NCBI GenBank assembly: GCA_021432655.1
Contig: MU271652.1
Location: 1 to 35,119, forward strand
Origin: Atractiella rhizophila
Lineage: Eukaryota
Length of the DNA: 35,119 nucleotides
Direction of reading: 5' to 3'
Below the pieces are notes generated by a model. It searched no databases and was not told the DNA's origin. It saw only the letters and a program-made list of their open reading frames with translations. Positions within the stretch are counted from its first letter, which is position 1; each line of letters starts with the position of its first letter. Shown here in pieces: positions 13,379 to 25,490 of the stretch. A program made the position numbers and the translations under genes.

Positions 13379-14961
13379 TCACTCCGGTGTGGGCATTCCT
13401 AAATGCACCTTTTTCCCGTGACTTTTGAAATACTCTTCAGGCAAGATCCCCATCCTCCTCACCATTTCGGTGTTATACTGCTCAAAGGCGGGATCTTCAT
13501 CCATCCTCTTTCTAAATCGCTCGAACTCCTTCCTTCCGTCTGGACCTTTCGAGTCCAGCATATATCCAACCATCTGCTCCAAAGGAACCTCAGCAACAGG
13601 GATATCAGGGTCGAAGTTTCCGCTCATCACATCCTCCATCCACGGTTCCATCGAACCTTCTGGCTGGAGAAAGATCATTTTCCCGTTCGGATCAGAAACC
13701 ATGCGTCTGATATCAGAGATATCGAGCTTTTTACTGGATTTTCTAGGAGGATCTTCCTTCGGGTCCTTCGAGGTAAGGCGGACTCCGTTAACCGTGTTTT
13801 CCATCTGGGTGATAATCGGCTCAGGAACGACGAAATCAAACAATTTGATCGTTGGCAAGACAGACTCGGCGAGCTCAATGGATTTGTCCAGTAGGCCCAT
13901 CCCGAAGTAAACGAAAAAGAGACAAATCTTCGAGAACGCGATATTGGGGTAGAATCCGAGTCTTTCCACCTCTGCGTATTTGATTTCCTTGAGCAGCTGA
14001 TTGACGTTCGACTGACCCAATGAATCGGCTTTCTCGCACCATTCGATCAATGTCCCGAGCGTCACCTTCTTGCTGAGGAACGCCCTCCTGTGATCAGACG
14101 CCTTCAATTCCCCGATGTTCTTGAAATCACAAACCTCGCAATGGCACTCGAAGGACCACATGCGCTCAAGATCAGATTGCCGTTGAGATCTCGGACGCAG
14201 AACATCGACATTTTCGGTTGTGATGCTCGCTCCTTTTGGGATGAAGCGGTTCGCAATAACCTGATCGACGACGGAATCATCGAAGCGACGAACGTAGGTG
14301 TTGGGACAGCAACTGCTATGATTTAAATATAATTAACTTCAAAGTGAAAAGCATACCTATGTTCCATCCTCGACAACTGGTTAAAAACCCCACCATAAGG
14401 CATCTTGTCCATCTTGGATAGAGATTTGGAAACTGCGTTGGACCTCAAAATCGCCTGATTTAGCGGAACATCTGGTCCTTTGCAGTTCGGAAGACTGTCC
14501 CACACTTTCCTATTCTCTTCCGGGAGCATATCGACAATAGCTTCCAAATCTCCTGCGGTCGCGATCCTCGGCGCCATAACCAGTGGACGCTCTTCAATGA
14601 TGACCTCCCCAATGGTGAGATCCCTTGTAGCCACCATCAAACCTTTACCACACGGACCGCGATTCGGCATGATCTCGAATGGCCAACCGTCAGGCGGTGG
14701 TATGATGGGATGGAAGCTATGATTCAATACTCTTTCTTTAGCGGCGGGGTAAACGCAAAAAACGGTCTGGAGAGAGGGTGGACCCTCTTCTGGGAGCAAG
14801 AAAATGGACGGTTGGAGGTGTCCGTGCTCCTTCCACGTTTCCTCCGCTGCATTGAAGAAAGAAGGGGAACCAAATCGCAAATCGTTAATGCCTGCTTTTG
14901 GCTTCTTCTTCTTGGAGGATCGTTTTCTTGACGATTTACTTTTGGGCGAATCAGACTGCAT
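13379..14961 (-). CDS. SET-domain protein (SMYD/Set5-like with post-SET CxCxxC), ~512 aa, one intron 14313-14356
   Basis: Motifs GKGLMVATRDLTIGEVIIEERPLV, GGVFNQLSRMEH|SCCPNT, IPKGASITT, and post-SET WSFECHCEVC followed by a helical C-terminal region. Confidence 0.88.
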
Positions 14962-15622
14962 GATGCCGCAAACGATCGTGTCGAGTGTAGTGGCTGGTTC
15001 ACGTCAGAGAGCCCAGAAAGAGTTCACTTTTATAAGTAGGCTAGTTATGGGGAATAAGCGCCTCATAAAGGCGAGAAATAACGGTTAATTTAGGTCCCGC
15101 ATGCTGCACGTGCTTAACTTACTTAGAACTACTTTGGCATTTATTCAGTAGGAGAGTAATGTACGAGACTTTTGCGCGTTGGCGTGATTGTGGTAGCAGG
15201 TGGGATAGTGAAGAGATTGGTCATGAAGCTAAAACAAAATTGCAAAGTGTCAAAAAAATTGCCTTTCAGCCATCTGTCCCTATGGAAAACTTCATTCCTT
15301 TACGCCTCGCTCTCTGACAACCGACATCATCTCCCTGTCAAGCAATTTATACAAGCTCCCTGCGTTTGAGTTCGTTAGGGAAATACGTCCATATTAATCG
15401 ACATAAGGGTTGTGTTATGAGCGAATGAAAACAAAAAAATATTCATCAGAGCTTACAGTATAGTGGGGCTAAGTTGTAGTGTACGTGAAGCATCAACAGT
15501 GACTCCTTCATGTCTTTACACTCTATATTGAGCAGCATTTACTCTCTCCATCTCGAGTCGAAGTTAAACATACACAGAACTATGAGAGGACTGACCAGGT
15601 GACCTGCCCCCTGCTCTGACGT

Positions 15623-15662
15623 GAAGCTGAAGTGTTTGTTTTTGAAGCTGAAGTGTTTGTTT
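15623..15662. repeat. Short tandem duplication GAAGCTGAAGTGTTTGTTT x2
   Basis: Directly visible repeat with a 21-bp period. Confidence 0.7.
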
Positions 15663-16834
15663 GGAGAACACTAAAAGTGAGCAACAGCACACCGTCGATA
15701 GATTGGCGGACTTTCCTATGTTCAGAAAATCTCAAAATAATTTGATTTGGCTTTGGTACCAGCGATGTATCATAAACGAACAGGTAAGAATGGGTGCTTG
15801 GCAACCCTGAGTGCGTTTTCGTGAGCTACCTTATTCAACGGTTATAAAACCATATCGAATCCTGAATACCACTGACCCATACTGACAACTGCATTGAAGT
15901 CTGGTTCGAGTCAAATCTCACCTCCATGTAATATATGTAATATTCAGCATCTGGCACAACTTCCTGTAGACCTTTACCCAAGTTCCGCTTCTCTTCTCTA
16001 ATGCTACTTCTTTGCCCGTTAAACGTCCTATTGCCTTTCTCTTGCCTCTTGGTTGAAAATTCAAGTTACCGCTTTTGACTCACTCGGACTCACCAACGTG
16101 ACTAGCATTGGTGATTCCACGAGCAAAAACTAATTCCAGCTATTGCCCTCGTCTTGTGTCACGTTGTAATGTGAAAAAGCCGATCTGTCTGTGGCTACAC
16201 GCTAGTAGTTACAGCCATGAATGGGTTAACAAGTTGAAGATTATAGATATGAGAGAAGACGACAATTTATCAAGTGACGACAGTAATGACACATTGCCCA
16301 ATGATTGTCGTGGTGACTGAGGTGGATTATCACTCCAATGTGCTCAGTACGCAGCGCAAGCAGAAAGGGGAAGCTGGAACAAGCTTATTGCACGCCAGGA
16401 TGATCTGCAGTCTGAAGAACCGAAGTATTATTGCAGGCCTCGGCCAGAATAGCAATATTTGCCGCGCCAATGTTGTTTACAAGACTTTTTGGCTTCTATT
16501 GCGATACGGGGTGTACTCAAGTTTGGACAAGAAGAGTAGGGCGACACTAGGACCTCGGCGACACAGTAACTGACGGTATGCGTCACACCTTGAACATTTT
16601 AACGTTGTTGCAAATCCATTGATGGAAGATACCAATCTCTAATTGGTAGCCATCGGCTGTTTGGAAACCCCAGGTTCGTGATAACTCTTTGGAGAGCAGA
16701 AACATACTGCGGAACAGGAAAGAAACTTCGAGTGGGTATAAGAACTCCAGTTGGCTTCTAGTTATAGTGATATACAACAGGGAATATATCATTCCACTGA
16801 ATATTATACAGAATAAATTACAACATGAGATGGA

Positions 16835-17030
16835 CATAAGTTATGAGATAAGTTAAATATAAGTTAATAGACACTGTTTTAATTGAAGCATTAAGTTAAA
16901 CAAGAAATTAAACAAGATAAACAATAATTTGATTAGATAAGTTAAGATATAAGTTAAGCATTAATTTAAGCAAGCAATTAACCAAGAAATTAACCAAGAC
17001 ATTAAACGATGCGTAAGACAAGTTAAGCAA
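16835..17030. repeat. AT-rich degenerate repeat tract (TAAGTTAA / ATTAA(A/C)CAAG units)
   Basis: Multiple copies of ataagtta(a) and aattaa(a/c)caag, arranged as two related blocks. Confidence 0.6.
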
Positions 17031-17181
17031 TAGGGAAACCAACGACTTTTGGGGGGTTCGAAATGAAATTGCGCCAGGCAATGAATCAACTCGATTTTGA
17101 ATAGTTAGGGCTGCTTAATTCATTTCGTCAATACTGAGAGTCGATCGAAAATAGCGAATAAACACACTTGCATTGCACCTC

Positions 17182-17712
17182 TCAGTTATCGACATCAACA
17201 TCAACATCCATCGCACATCCCGAATCTTTCACGACCGGCACCTTCCCTTCGCTTTTCCTTCCGGTAGACACCCTCCTCTTTTCGCAGGGAGACGTAGGCG
17301 GAGTCGGCAACTTGAAGCTATCGTCATGCTCAGAGTCAGTGTCGAGGTGACTGCGGCGACGGCAGACGTACTCAGAGCTGTCAGGGATGGACTTGGCTCG
17401 CTTCAAAAAGAAGACCGTCGCTCTTGTCACCTCCTGCTGAACCGGAGTAGTCTTCTCGCAGGGCGAGACTCTGTTTCCAGGAGCTGTCAGCACGATGCAA
17501 TATAGGGAAAAGGGAGAAAGACATACGTTTGCTGCTGGGCTTGGGCGTTCGACTCGTTGTGGGAGGCCAGTGAGCGCCGAGGGAGGGGGCGGATCTCCCT
17601 CACGGTCGCATCAAGAGATCTATCGCTAAGTTATCCAGAGAAAGAGATGATGAATGAGAAATGCGAACGACTGGAGGGAGAAACCTGGGACGGCGAAGGT
17701 GAATTGGGACAT
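17182..17712 (-). CDS. Small (~141 aa) disordered hypothetical protein, 3 exons (17669-17712, 17527-17619, 17182-17470)
   Basis: TATAAAA ~90 nt upstream. Introns 17620-17668 (GTTCGC..TAG) and 17471-17526 (GTATGT..GCTGAC..CAG) give the continuous frame MSQFTFAVPGFSLQSSLDATVREIRPLPRRS..KLPTPPTSPCEKRR..MDVDVDVDN*. Confidence 0.6.
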
Positions 17713-17803
17713 GTTGCTGTTGGCTGTGGCGAGGCTTTGGAGAAGGTAGTCAATGCTGAGAACTGCTGTCGTTGGTGAGGGAGAAGGTAGGAATCGGGTT
17801 CGC

Positions 17804-17860
17804 TTTTATATCCTTGGATTGATGCAGGAATGATGCAGGAATTGATGCAGGAATTGATGA
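17804..17860 (-). promoter_or_regulatory. TATA box plus adjacent triple TGATGCAGGAAT repeat upstream of the small gene
   Basis: TATAAAAG on the minus strand at 17803-17810; three tandem copies of tgatgcaggaat (+ strand) at ~17820-17855. Confidence 0.45.
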
Positions 17861-19461
17861 GTTAGGAGCAGCACGTGACCATGGGAATTCTCGTGATTTT
17901 GTTTTCTCACTCAGGAAAACAATTTCCTTTTATAGAAGGTGGAATCTAGTCATTGTTTTCAAGGGAGATGTTATCGTGTCACAAGCGCGGCTTGGGAATT
18001 TATGGGAAAGCGGGCAGCCTCCGTGCGTCCCGCCACGGCATGGACGACGGGATTTGCCTTTTTGCTCTTGCCACCCCCCAGATTCCTCACAACAGCTTTG
18101 CATCGCTTCTACGTCTGCAGGTGAAAGTTTTTATACAAATATCTAATAAAATGAGAAAGGAAAGCGACCAGAAGTGGCGACTATTGGAAATGAGAAATTT
18201 CAGGGCAAATAACACAAATAAATCCCGGCAAGACCCCTTATCAACTCAATCCAAGAATGCAAACTCTGTCCTTGGAGTTTGCACTTCTCCTACAAGACTT
18301 TGTTCATGAATTCTGTGCGTTTTGAAGAGATTAGGTGAGGACGCGTTACAACGCGAAAGAGAAACGTGATGCTGGAAGACTGAGAAATGCGGCTGGCCAC
18401 CTTCCAACTCAACTTCGCCCTCAACACGAAAAGGAGACCAACAGATCGAAACTCGAGCCTTACAAGATGCTGAATAGGCTGTTATTGCGCGACGAGCGTT
18501 CTGATCTAATAGAGTTGGCAGGAGCAGAGCAGTAGGACGACTGCACAAGGATACATGTTAGGGCCGTGTAAGCATTTCCTTGATTGAAGGAAGTATGGAT
18601 GAAGCTGTACACAAGTTTAATTTAAAGATGGTGGAACTCGTTGTAAGCTACGCGTGTAGCGTGTTTGAATATTGAACAGTTGTGCCGTATTGCTCTCCTT
18701 CCTTCCCCCCTTGAATCCAACGGTATCACAGAGTAAGCTCATAGGTCAGGCGAATGAGAGTCATTTAATTTCCTGATGATGCCTCAACAATTGCTGATAT
18801 TGGATGACTCTCTCTTCCAGACTCTTTTTCCCCACGGCGCCGTTTACGCCTTGAACCAAAGACACCCATTGTCTCATACTGCAGTTCATGACGACTGACC
18901 ATAGGTCCGCCTCCTCAAGGCTCATACCGCAATACTTCCCCTTTTACCCTTACTCCCATTTTCAGATATCTTTCTTTCCCTTTTATGCAGACCATTGCTG
19001 CTGCAAGACTGGTCGTGCTTTGGTTGTGTGTGCATAGTAGTTCTGGGCAGACGCGGGGCCAAAGATGGTTGATGGCTGACGGTGAGAAGACGCGGATTCC
19101 TACTCTCAGTGGCTGCTGTCTTTATTCTTTATTGCTGCAGTCTTTCCTCCCTGTGATGTCCGGTGAGACAGCACCAAAGCGCGGGAGCTGTCTTGGGCAT
19201 AAGTGTTAGGTCATATGTGTCATATCTCAGTGCCTCTCCGTCTCTTTTTTCGGACGTGAAACTAGAACCTGCTACTGATTCGGCCCGTTTGGCTTCTGCT
19301 CTTGGGTGCCTACTCATATTAATGAAGCCCGCTTCTCGTCTCCGTAACGCACGCAACCGTATCCGGCGAGCCTATCTCTTGATTGATATGCGCTGGCCTT
19401 TGAGCGAATAACAATTCTTCCCTTTTCGATTCTCTAAAGCTCTGGACCGGTATATGTTGAT

Positions 19462-21103
19462 ATGTTACGGATGAACGAGGATGAAGCATCTATATCCACC
19501 TACATTCCTCTCTTTTCCAAGTTTAGCTTGCTGTCGCTCTTTTTTGATACAGTGCTTGCAGTTTTGAGGACAGAAATTGTCGATGGCATTGTCAGTGATC
19601 ACCACCCCTCGGTGTCTTATCAAGGGGTACCTCTCTCTTCAGGATTGTCAAGGAAGTGACAGATGGAATTTTCGGATGAAGAAATGGACAACAATCCAGC
19701 CCATCCGGATCTCTACTACAATCAAACGGCCCACCACGCCGCCAACGAAGTGTCCATGGTGACGCTACGCTTTAATGGAACTGTTCGTCCACTCCCTCTT
19801 CACCTTCCTTTGCTCCCTGCATTTGTTCATACTCAAACACTCCGTCTTTGCCCAGGAAGTTCGCTACGCCGGTGTAAGGAACACAGATCACTCTCTCCTG
19901 CACTCTCGACGGCGGCAAAACGACGACGGTCAACGGGAAGGGGACATTTGCGGCGCATTCAAATTTGTGTTCTTTCTCTGCTTTAGACAACGAGACTGGA
20001 CACTGCCTAGTGGTGAAGAATGAGGGAGGAGGTAGCGTGGACATCGAATACTTGCTCGTCACTTTCGTTGATGGGACGGAGGAGTTACAGCAGAGCTTAA
20101 CGGATGACAAGATCAGGAAGCAAGGTACTGTGTCGGTGGATGATCACGATCCAAGCGTTGTCCACGAAAGGGTACGCGGTGCTTGTTCAATTTCGGAGGG
20201 TGACTGATGAAAGGGATGAAGGTGTGGGAAGCGAAGGACCACCTGAGTCTCTTCAACCACTCAACACACACCGCCAACACCACTGGTGCACGAGCGACAA
20301 TAACATTTCAAGCAGCCTCAGTAAGCTCATCCTTCTTTTCTACTCTCCATCGTGCTCTTCCCACTCTATTCTACTCACATGACCGAAACCCCTCGAAATG
20401 TAGGCAATCTCTTTCTTAGGTTCCACGACAGCAGATCACGGCCTTGGAACGTGCGAGATTGAAGGTGGCTCACGATCCACGTTCAACGGAAGCGCTGCTA
20501 CGCAGGAATACACGCAGGTGTTTTGTGCATTTGATGGATTGGATCCTACGCAGGAACATGTACTCCATGTTATGAACTTGGAAGATAAGTTTCTCGATGT
20601 CGATCTCTTCTTGTGCGTTTCTTGGTTCACTTCCTGCTTCCTGCCTTTGAACGAAAGAATAGCAGGTTGACAATTGATTATTATCATCGTCCTCTCCATC
20701 TTCCTTTATCGTCGACACAAAAGCTCTCACTTACACATTTGGTCACATCACAAAGACTCAACTGCAGTCCTGGCCACGATTGAAATGGCTTTTACGCCGT
20801 CTCCCGCCTGCAAGTCAAACGGGTACGGGAAGCATCATGTCCTTGGGCGGCATGGAGAAATACCACGAAGGCGTACTAGGGGTATACGGGCACAACTTAG
20901 GAACTGGAGTGAATGATGTGGGCAACGCTCATCAATTGCGGTCGTCGCCACTTGGCAGCTCAAAGCTCAATTGTCTCAGCGCTCCTGGTGTGGTAGGGCA
21001 GATGAGGAGGAGCAACAGTGGCTACGGAGGAAACCCCGTCCCATCACAATTTCCAGAGATTCAGGATTGGCATGTGAATGGATCCCGTAGATCCATTCAC
21101 TAG
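19462..21103 (+). pseudogene. Disrupted type-I membrane protein gene with two tandem 'DDxDP' beta-sandwich (galactose-binding-like) repeats
   Basis: Signal-like N-terminus. Repeat 1 (VSDHHPSVSYQG..TLRFNGT..DHS/SCTLDGG..CSFSALD..HCLVVKN..VDIEYL) aligns with repeat 2 (VDDHDPSVVHE..TITFQ..DHGLGTCEIEGG..CAFDGLD..HVLHVMN..LDVDLFL). There is a frameshift at ~19895, a truncated TM (IIIIVLSIFLYRRHK), and the tail is in another frame. Confidence 0.55.
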
Positions 21104-21527
21104 GGAGATAACTTGGAATTTGTGAGCTTCACAATCGTCTTTATTAATCATTGACACAAGTTTACCTTTGCACGAATATCCAGTGTCGTTCGCAGACCAT
21201 GAGCTGAATCGAGATCCCGGTTGTCCTTTCCCAAAGAAGTCGTGCGTTACTCTGAGAAGGAAGGACATTGACACATCGACAGAAGTTGGCGAAGTCCTCC
21301 ACAATTGCCAATCTACTGGCGCCGCTGTTGAGCTAGGTTGAGCTCTACTTGACCTCTGTACTCATCTAGTGGCGACCAGGAGCCCTTTGTTTGGCTTGCG
21401 ATGTGACCTTGCTTATTTCTACTTTCTGACATAATCGCGAATCATGGAGTTTTGGGTCTTCCGGTGGGTCACAACGACCGCCCTTTAAAGCTTCCAGCAT
21501 GCCTTACCAGGAGGGCAACGGGCCAAG

Positions 21528-22596
21528 ATGATGTTTCTTCCCTTTTTCATCGTTCAAGTTGTCTGTGGGCTCGAGACTCCCCATGGTTTTAAGCGACAAG
21601 AAGTGGAACTACCTGCCAGTGGAACAGTCCAAAGAATCAAGCCTTTGACTGAATACTCTGATGCCGATAGCCCTTTTCCTGGCGTCCTGGGTAGACGGCA
21701 ATCTTCATGCATAGATCCTGGCTATGGAAAATGCAACTCGTATAATTACTGTTGCCCGCTAGGTGGGGAATGTTGTGGAAACTACAGTGAGAAGCGATTC
21801 TTTCTCCTGTTTTCGACTAAAGTGAAGTGTACAGATTGTTGTGGTTCTGGGAAATGGTGTTATTCCATTGGTCACTTCCTCGATCTTTTTGCCCTGCAGA
21901 GAGCTAATCAAGGAGATCAGGTTGTTGTGATGACAACGAGAACGGCTGTGATTCCCAGGGATGCTGTCAACTGGAGGAGCAATGCTGCAAAGGTCGATAC
22001 CCTTTCCTCCCAACCAAATTTATCTAAATTTCACGAGTTGCAGGAGGAGGGTGTTGCGCAGCCGGGTATGCCTGCTCTAACAAAGACCGAACTTCGAAAT
22101 TGATCATTAAGAGAACTCAGCACCAACTGTATCAAGTTTGCCAGCGGTAACCCTGGTTGTTGTCATACTGATCAAGGCTATTATCCTTGTGCAAGCGCAC
22201 TGTACGACTTTTGTTGCCGTTAGTGTTATGACCATTTCTGGCATGCATGGTCGCTCATATTATTGCGGCAGCGCTCGATTCGATCTGCTTCGTCGATGAC
22301 TTAGGTGTCCCGAAGTGCAGGTCTAGTGTCCCAACTTACTCACAGGCCACCAATACACGTAAGTGCCTCGGTCAATCCTCTTCACTGAAAGAGCTCACCC
22401 AATATATAAAGCTGTGGGGGGAACGACGTCGCCAAATGGACAGACTTACACCGCGATTTCATTTCCAACTTCGTCCGCAAGACCTTCCGCAACTTTGGCT
22501 GGAAATATCGGGTCGACAGCACAGATAGTATCTGCGAAGCCTTGGTGGGTGGTCATTATGACAGTATTTTCTTTTGTCCTTGCTTTGATATTGTAA
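21528..22596 (+). CDS. Cys-rich secreted, probably GPI-anchored cell-surface protein; many short exons
   Basis: Signal peptide, KR/RR processing sites, repeated CC motifs (CIDPGYGKC..YCCPLGGECC, CCGSGKWC, GCCDDNENGCDSQGCC..CC, GCCHTDQGYYPC..FCC), a Ser/Thr stalk and a hydrophobic C-terminus WWVVIMTVFSFVLALIL*. Confidence 0.8.
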
Positions 22597-22801
22597 TACA
22601 TGAACTCCACAATCAGAAAGGTGTAATATATGGACTCCACAATCAGAAAGGTATAGGAAAACTGAAAGGTGACAATGTGAAGGAAGTGTCTCTATTATTG
22701 CAGTCCATGCATAATCGCAAGCATTTCCTTGTCGTAGGTGTCATAATTCCTCTGGGCAGCATCGAGCGATTTTGACATGAAACCGAGAGGGTGAAACTTG
22801 C

Positions 22802-23290
22802 TGTCAGGCTTGCCCCTACGCATTACCGAAATGCACCATCTGAAGTCACGTGACCTACTTTACCATGCCATAGGACCACACGCCTGCCCATCGCCGCTTT
22901 GCTCACGATCTCGCTGATCGCCGCCTTCCCCTGTCTCACACTAATCACCGCTCAGCAAACCTTAACCATTTCGCCGGTCTGCACCGTCTCCATTATTGCT
23001 TTATTGTCCTTTCTCACTTGTACTGCTCAGTATGTCTTATTTCCGAGTTTCCTTTTATTGCTTTCCTGATCTAGCTATCTTACATGTTTCAAGAAACTTA
23101 TGATACAGTTTATGGCAGTGCTCTTACATATGGATATATACATCGAGATGTAGTGGTGGTGACCTCAGAGTATTCTCTTAGGTTTACCTCCACTACAGGT
23201 TAGTCTCCTCATGCCATACTATTCTCTTAGGTTTACCTCCACTACAGACGCATCGCCTATCGGCGACCGCACATAGTGTCAGCCCTAACA
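22802..23290 (+). mobile_element. Solo LTR (TGTCAGG...CCCTAACA) with 5-bp target-site duplication CTTGC, inserted antisense into the RNaseH region
   Basis: TG..CA ends; CTTGC at 22797-22801 and 23291-23295; the flanks join to give ..DGK|FHPLGF..; ~90% identical by eye to the LTRs at 24142-24624 and 26874-27363. Confidence 0.95.
23171..23247 (+). repeat. 28-bp direct repeat inside the LTR (TATTCTCTTAGGTTTACCTCCACTACAG x2), present in all three LTR copies
   Basis: Copies at 23171-23198 and 23220-23247; near-identical pairs occur in the other two LTRs. Confidence 0.85.
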
Positions 23291-24141
23291 CTTGCCATCT
23301 GACTTGATTTGTGACAAACGGCGCTTGTTGTGAAATTCGACACATTGACTTCAAGCAAAAATCGTCCTGTCAGTTCAGCATGTCCCAAAACTTGGCACCA
23401 AAATCATGAGCTGTTTTAAAGCGGTGAACGAACGTTGCTGATCTACCTCCCAGACTCAGGAAGCCTTGTTGTTTGTTAGTTCATATAAAGGTCATGCGGA
23501 ATCTGTCGCAAAGTGGTGGTAGAAGTTAGTGAAACCGAGGAACATTCGGACTTCCTTCTTGTTTTTCAGTTCCGGCCAGTCCATCACTCCTGCGTCTTTT
23601 AGTGGTTCAATCCCTCTGCTGGAAATGATCAAACCTGGATACTCCACCTCATCTTGACACCAAACGTATTTCTGCAAATTTACGTAAAGCCCATTTTCAC
23701 ACAAAATTTGACAAACTTTTCGAACGTGTTCCCAGTGTTCTTCTTCAGTCTCCGTCCTAATCAGGATATCGTAGATGTCTATGAAGATGAACGCAGCGGC
23801 AATTCGGCGATCATCATGCAGAAAATAGAGTTCAGGAAAGCCTGAACAGTCGCCAATGAGTTGCAGAGTCCAAAATACATCACTAACGGTTCGAAAAGTC
23901 CGCGATTAGTGCGAAATGCCGCTTTGTGCTTGTCTCCCTCTTTGATGTGAATGTTGTTGAAACCTTTTCTCAGGTCGATCTTGCTGAAGAATTTCTTACC
24001 AGAGACCATGGAGCAGAGGTCAGCTTGGATGGGGAGTGGAGTGGAGTTTTGTCTTTGACAGTGGCTTCATTCAACTTACCATAGTCGAAAAGGGGACGAA
24101 GTTCAGGTGTCCTTTCTGTGCTTAAAAAAGACGGAACCTCC

Positions 24142-24624
24142 TGTTAGGGCAAACACTATGTGCGGTCGCCGACGGGCGATGCGTCTGTAGTGGAGGTTAA
24201 CCTAAGTGAATAGTATGGCATGAGAAGACTAACCTGTAGTGGAGGTAAACCTAAGAGAATACTCTGCCACCACTACATCTCGATGTATATATACATATGT
24301 AAAGGCACTGCCATAAACTGTAACATACGTTTCTTGAAACACGTAAGATAGCTAGATCGGGAAAGCAATAAAGGGAATACTTGGAAATAAGATGTACTGG
24401 GTAGTACTAGTGAGAAAGGACAATAAGGCGAACATGGAGACGGCACAGACCGGCGAAATGTATAAGGTTTGTTGAGCGGCGATCGTGTGAGAAAGGGGAA
24501 AGCGGCGAACAGCACGGGCATGAGCAGAGCGGCGATGGGTAGGTACGTGATGCCATGACGTGGTAAAGTAGGTCACGTGACTTCAGATGGTGGATTTCGG
24601 TAATGCGTAGGGGCAAGCCTGATA
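24142..24624 (-). mobile_element. Solo LTR of the same family inside pol (PR-RT junction), no target-site duplication
   Basis: Reverse complement of the 22802 LTR with the terminal TG mutated to TA; the flanks (CCTCC vs GAGCG) differ. Confidence 0.9.
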
Positions 24625-25490
24625 GAGCGCCGCTTGTTCGTCTCTTTTCAAGGGGTAGACAGGAACAGCCTATGGTTGAGCTTCTGCTTTGAGGTTGATG
24701 GCATGGTCCCAAGGTCATCAAGGAGGAAGCGAGGTTTTGAATTTTTCGTCTTCGAAAATGTCTGCAAAATCGGCGATTTGCGTCGGTATTTCGACAACGC
24801 TCTTTGGTGTCATTGCCGCTACGTCTTTCACCAGTTTCTGCAATTTTGTCATGGCAGCACGTATTGAGGCAGAGGACGATGGAAGTTGGTCACGTGTGGT
24901 AGACACATCAACCGTGTTGCAACTGGTGGGGCAACGAGAGAACTCAACTTTCCCTGACACCCAGTTAATCTCTGGGTTGTGGTGTCTTAGCCAGTCATGA
25001 CCCAGAATCATGTCGACTGTCCCCAACTCCGCCACCGCGAATTGCCAAACTTCATGATGAGCGGTGATTGAAATGGGTAAATAAGCGACAGAATGGATAG
25101 AACCTCCCTGATTGAGGGATCCGTCGATATTGTAAACAGGCACTGGGGAAGGGAGTTGAGTGATGGGTAGGTTGTATTCAGAAACGAGTTTTGGAGAAAT
25201 AAAGGAAGTGGTTGCCCCGCTGTCGACGAGCGCCGATGTGGCACGTCGGCGATGGGAGTGTGGGTGATGGAAAGCGGTTCTGAGTTTCGTTTTTGAACTG
25301 ACTAGGGATGCTGTTGTCGAACGTAAATGGACTTTGTCGTACATTTTTGCGACATCTGCGCATCTTTGTCTCCAAGATGGAAAACACAATTTTGGAAATG
25401 GGGAGTCTTGTTCGGGAGAAGGGAAATCTGCGCAAAGCGGCGCTTTGTTGGAAGTGATTTTTAGATGACGAAAATGAATTGCAAGTCGGC

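Noticed and set aside
347..14931. Numerous listed ORFs antisense to or overlapping the real genes (e.g. 347-790, 6697-7161, 10708-11517, 13403-13910)
   Set aside because: Shadow frames of the spliced genes on the opposite strand, with no independent motifs.
18000..19420. Short protein-like frames between the orphan gene and the membrane-protein pseudogene
   Set aside because: Possibly gene relics, but I could not build a consistent model or recognise a family.
22603..22651. ACTCCACAATCAGAAAGGT x2 (30-bp period) after the GPI gene stop
   Set aside because: Simple local duplication near the TE boundary with no further structure.
23171..23247. 28-bp direct repeat with 21-nt spacer resembling a mini CRISPR array
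   Set aside because: Only two units, part of a eukaryotic LTR, and essentially the same spacer in all three LTR copies.
24142..24150. TTAGGG at LTR termini suggesting telomeric sequence
   Set aside because: Single hexamer within the LTR terminal sequence, with no array.
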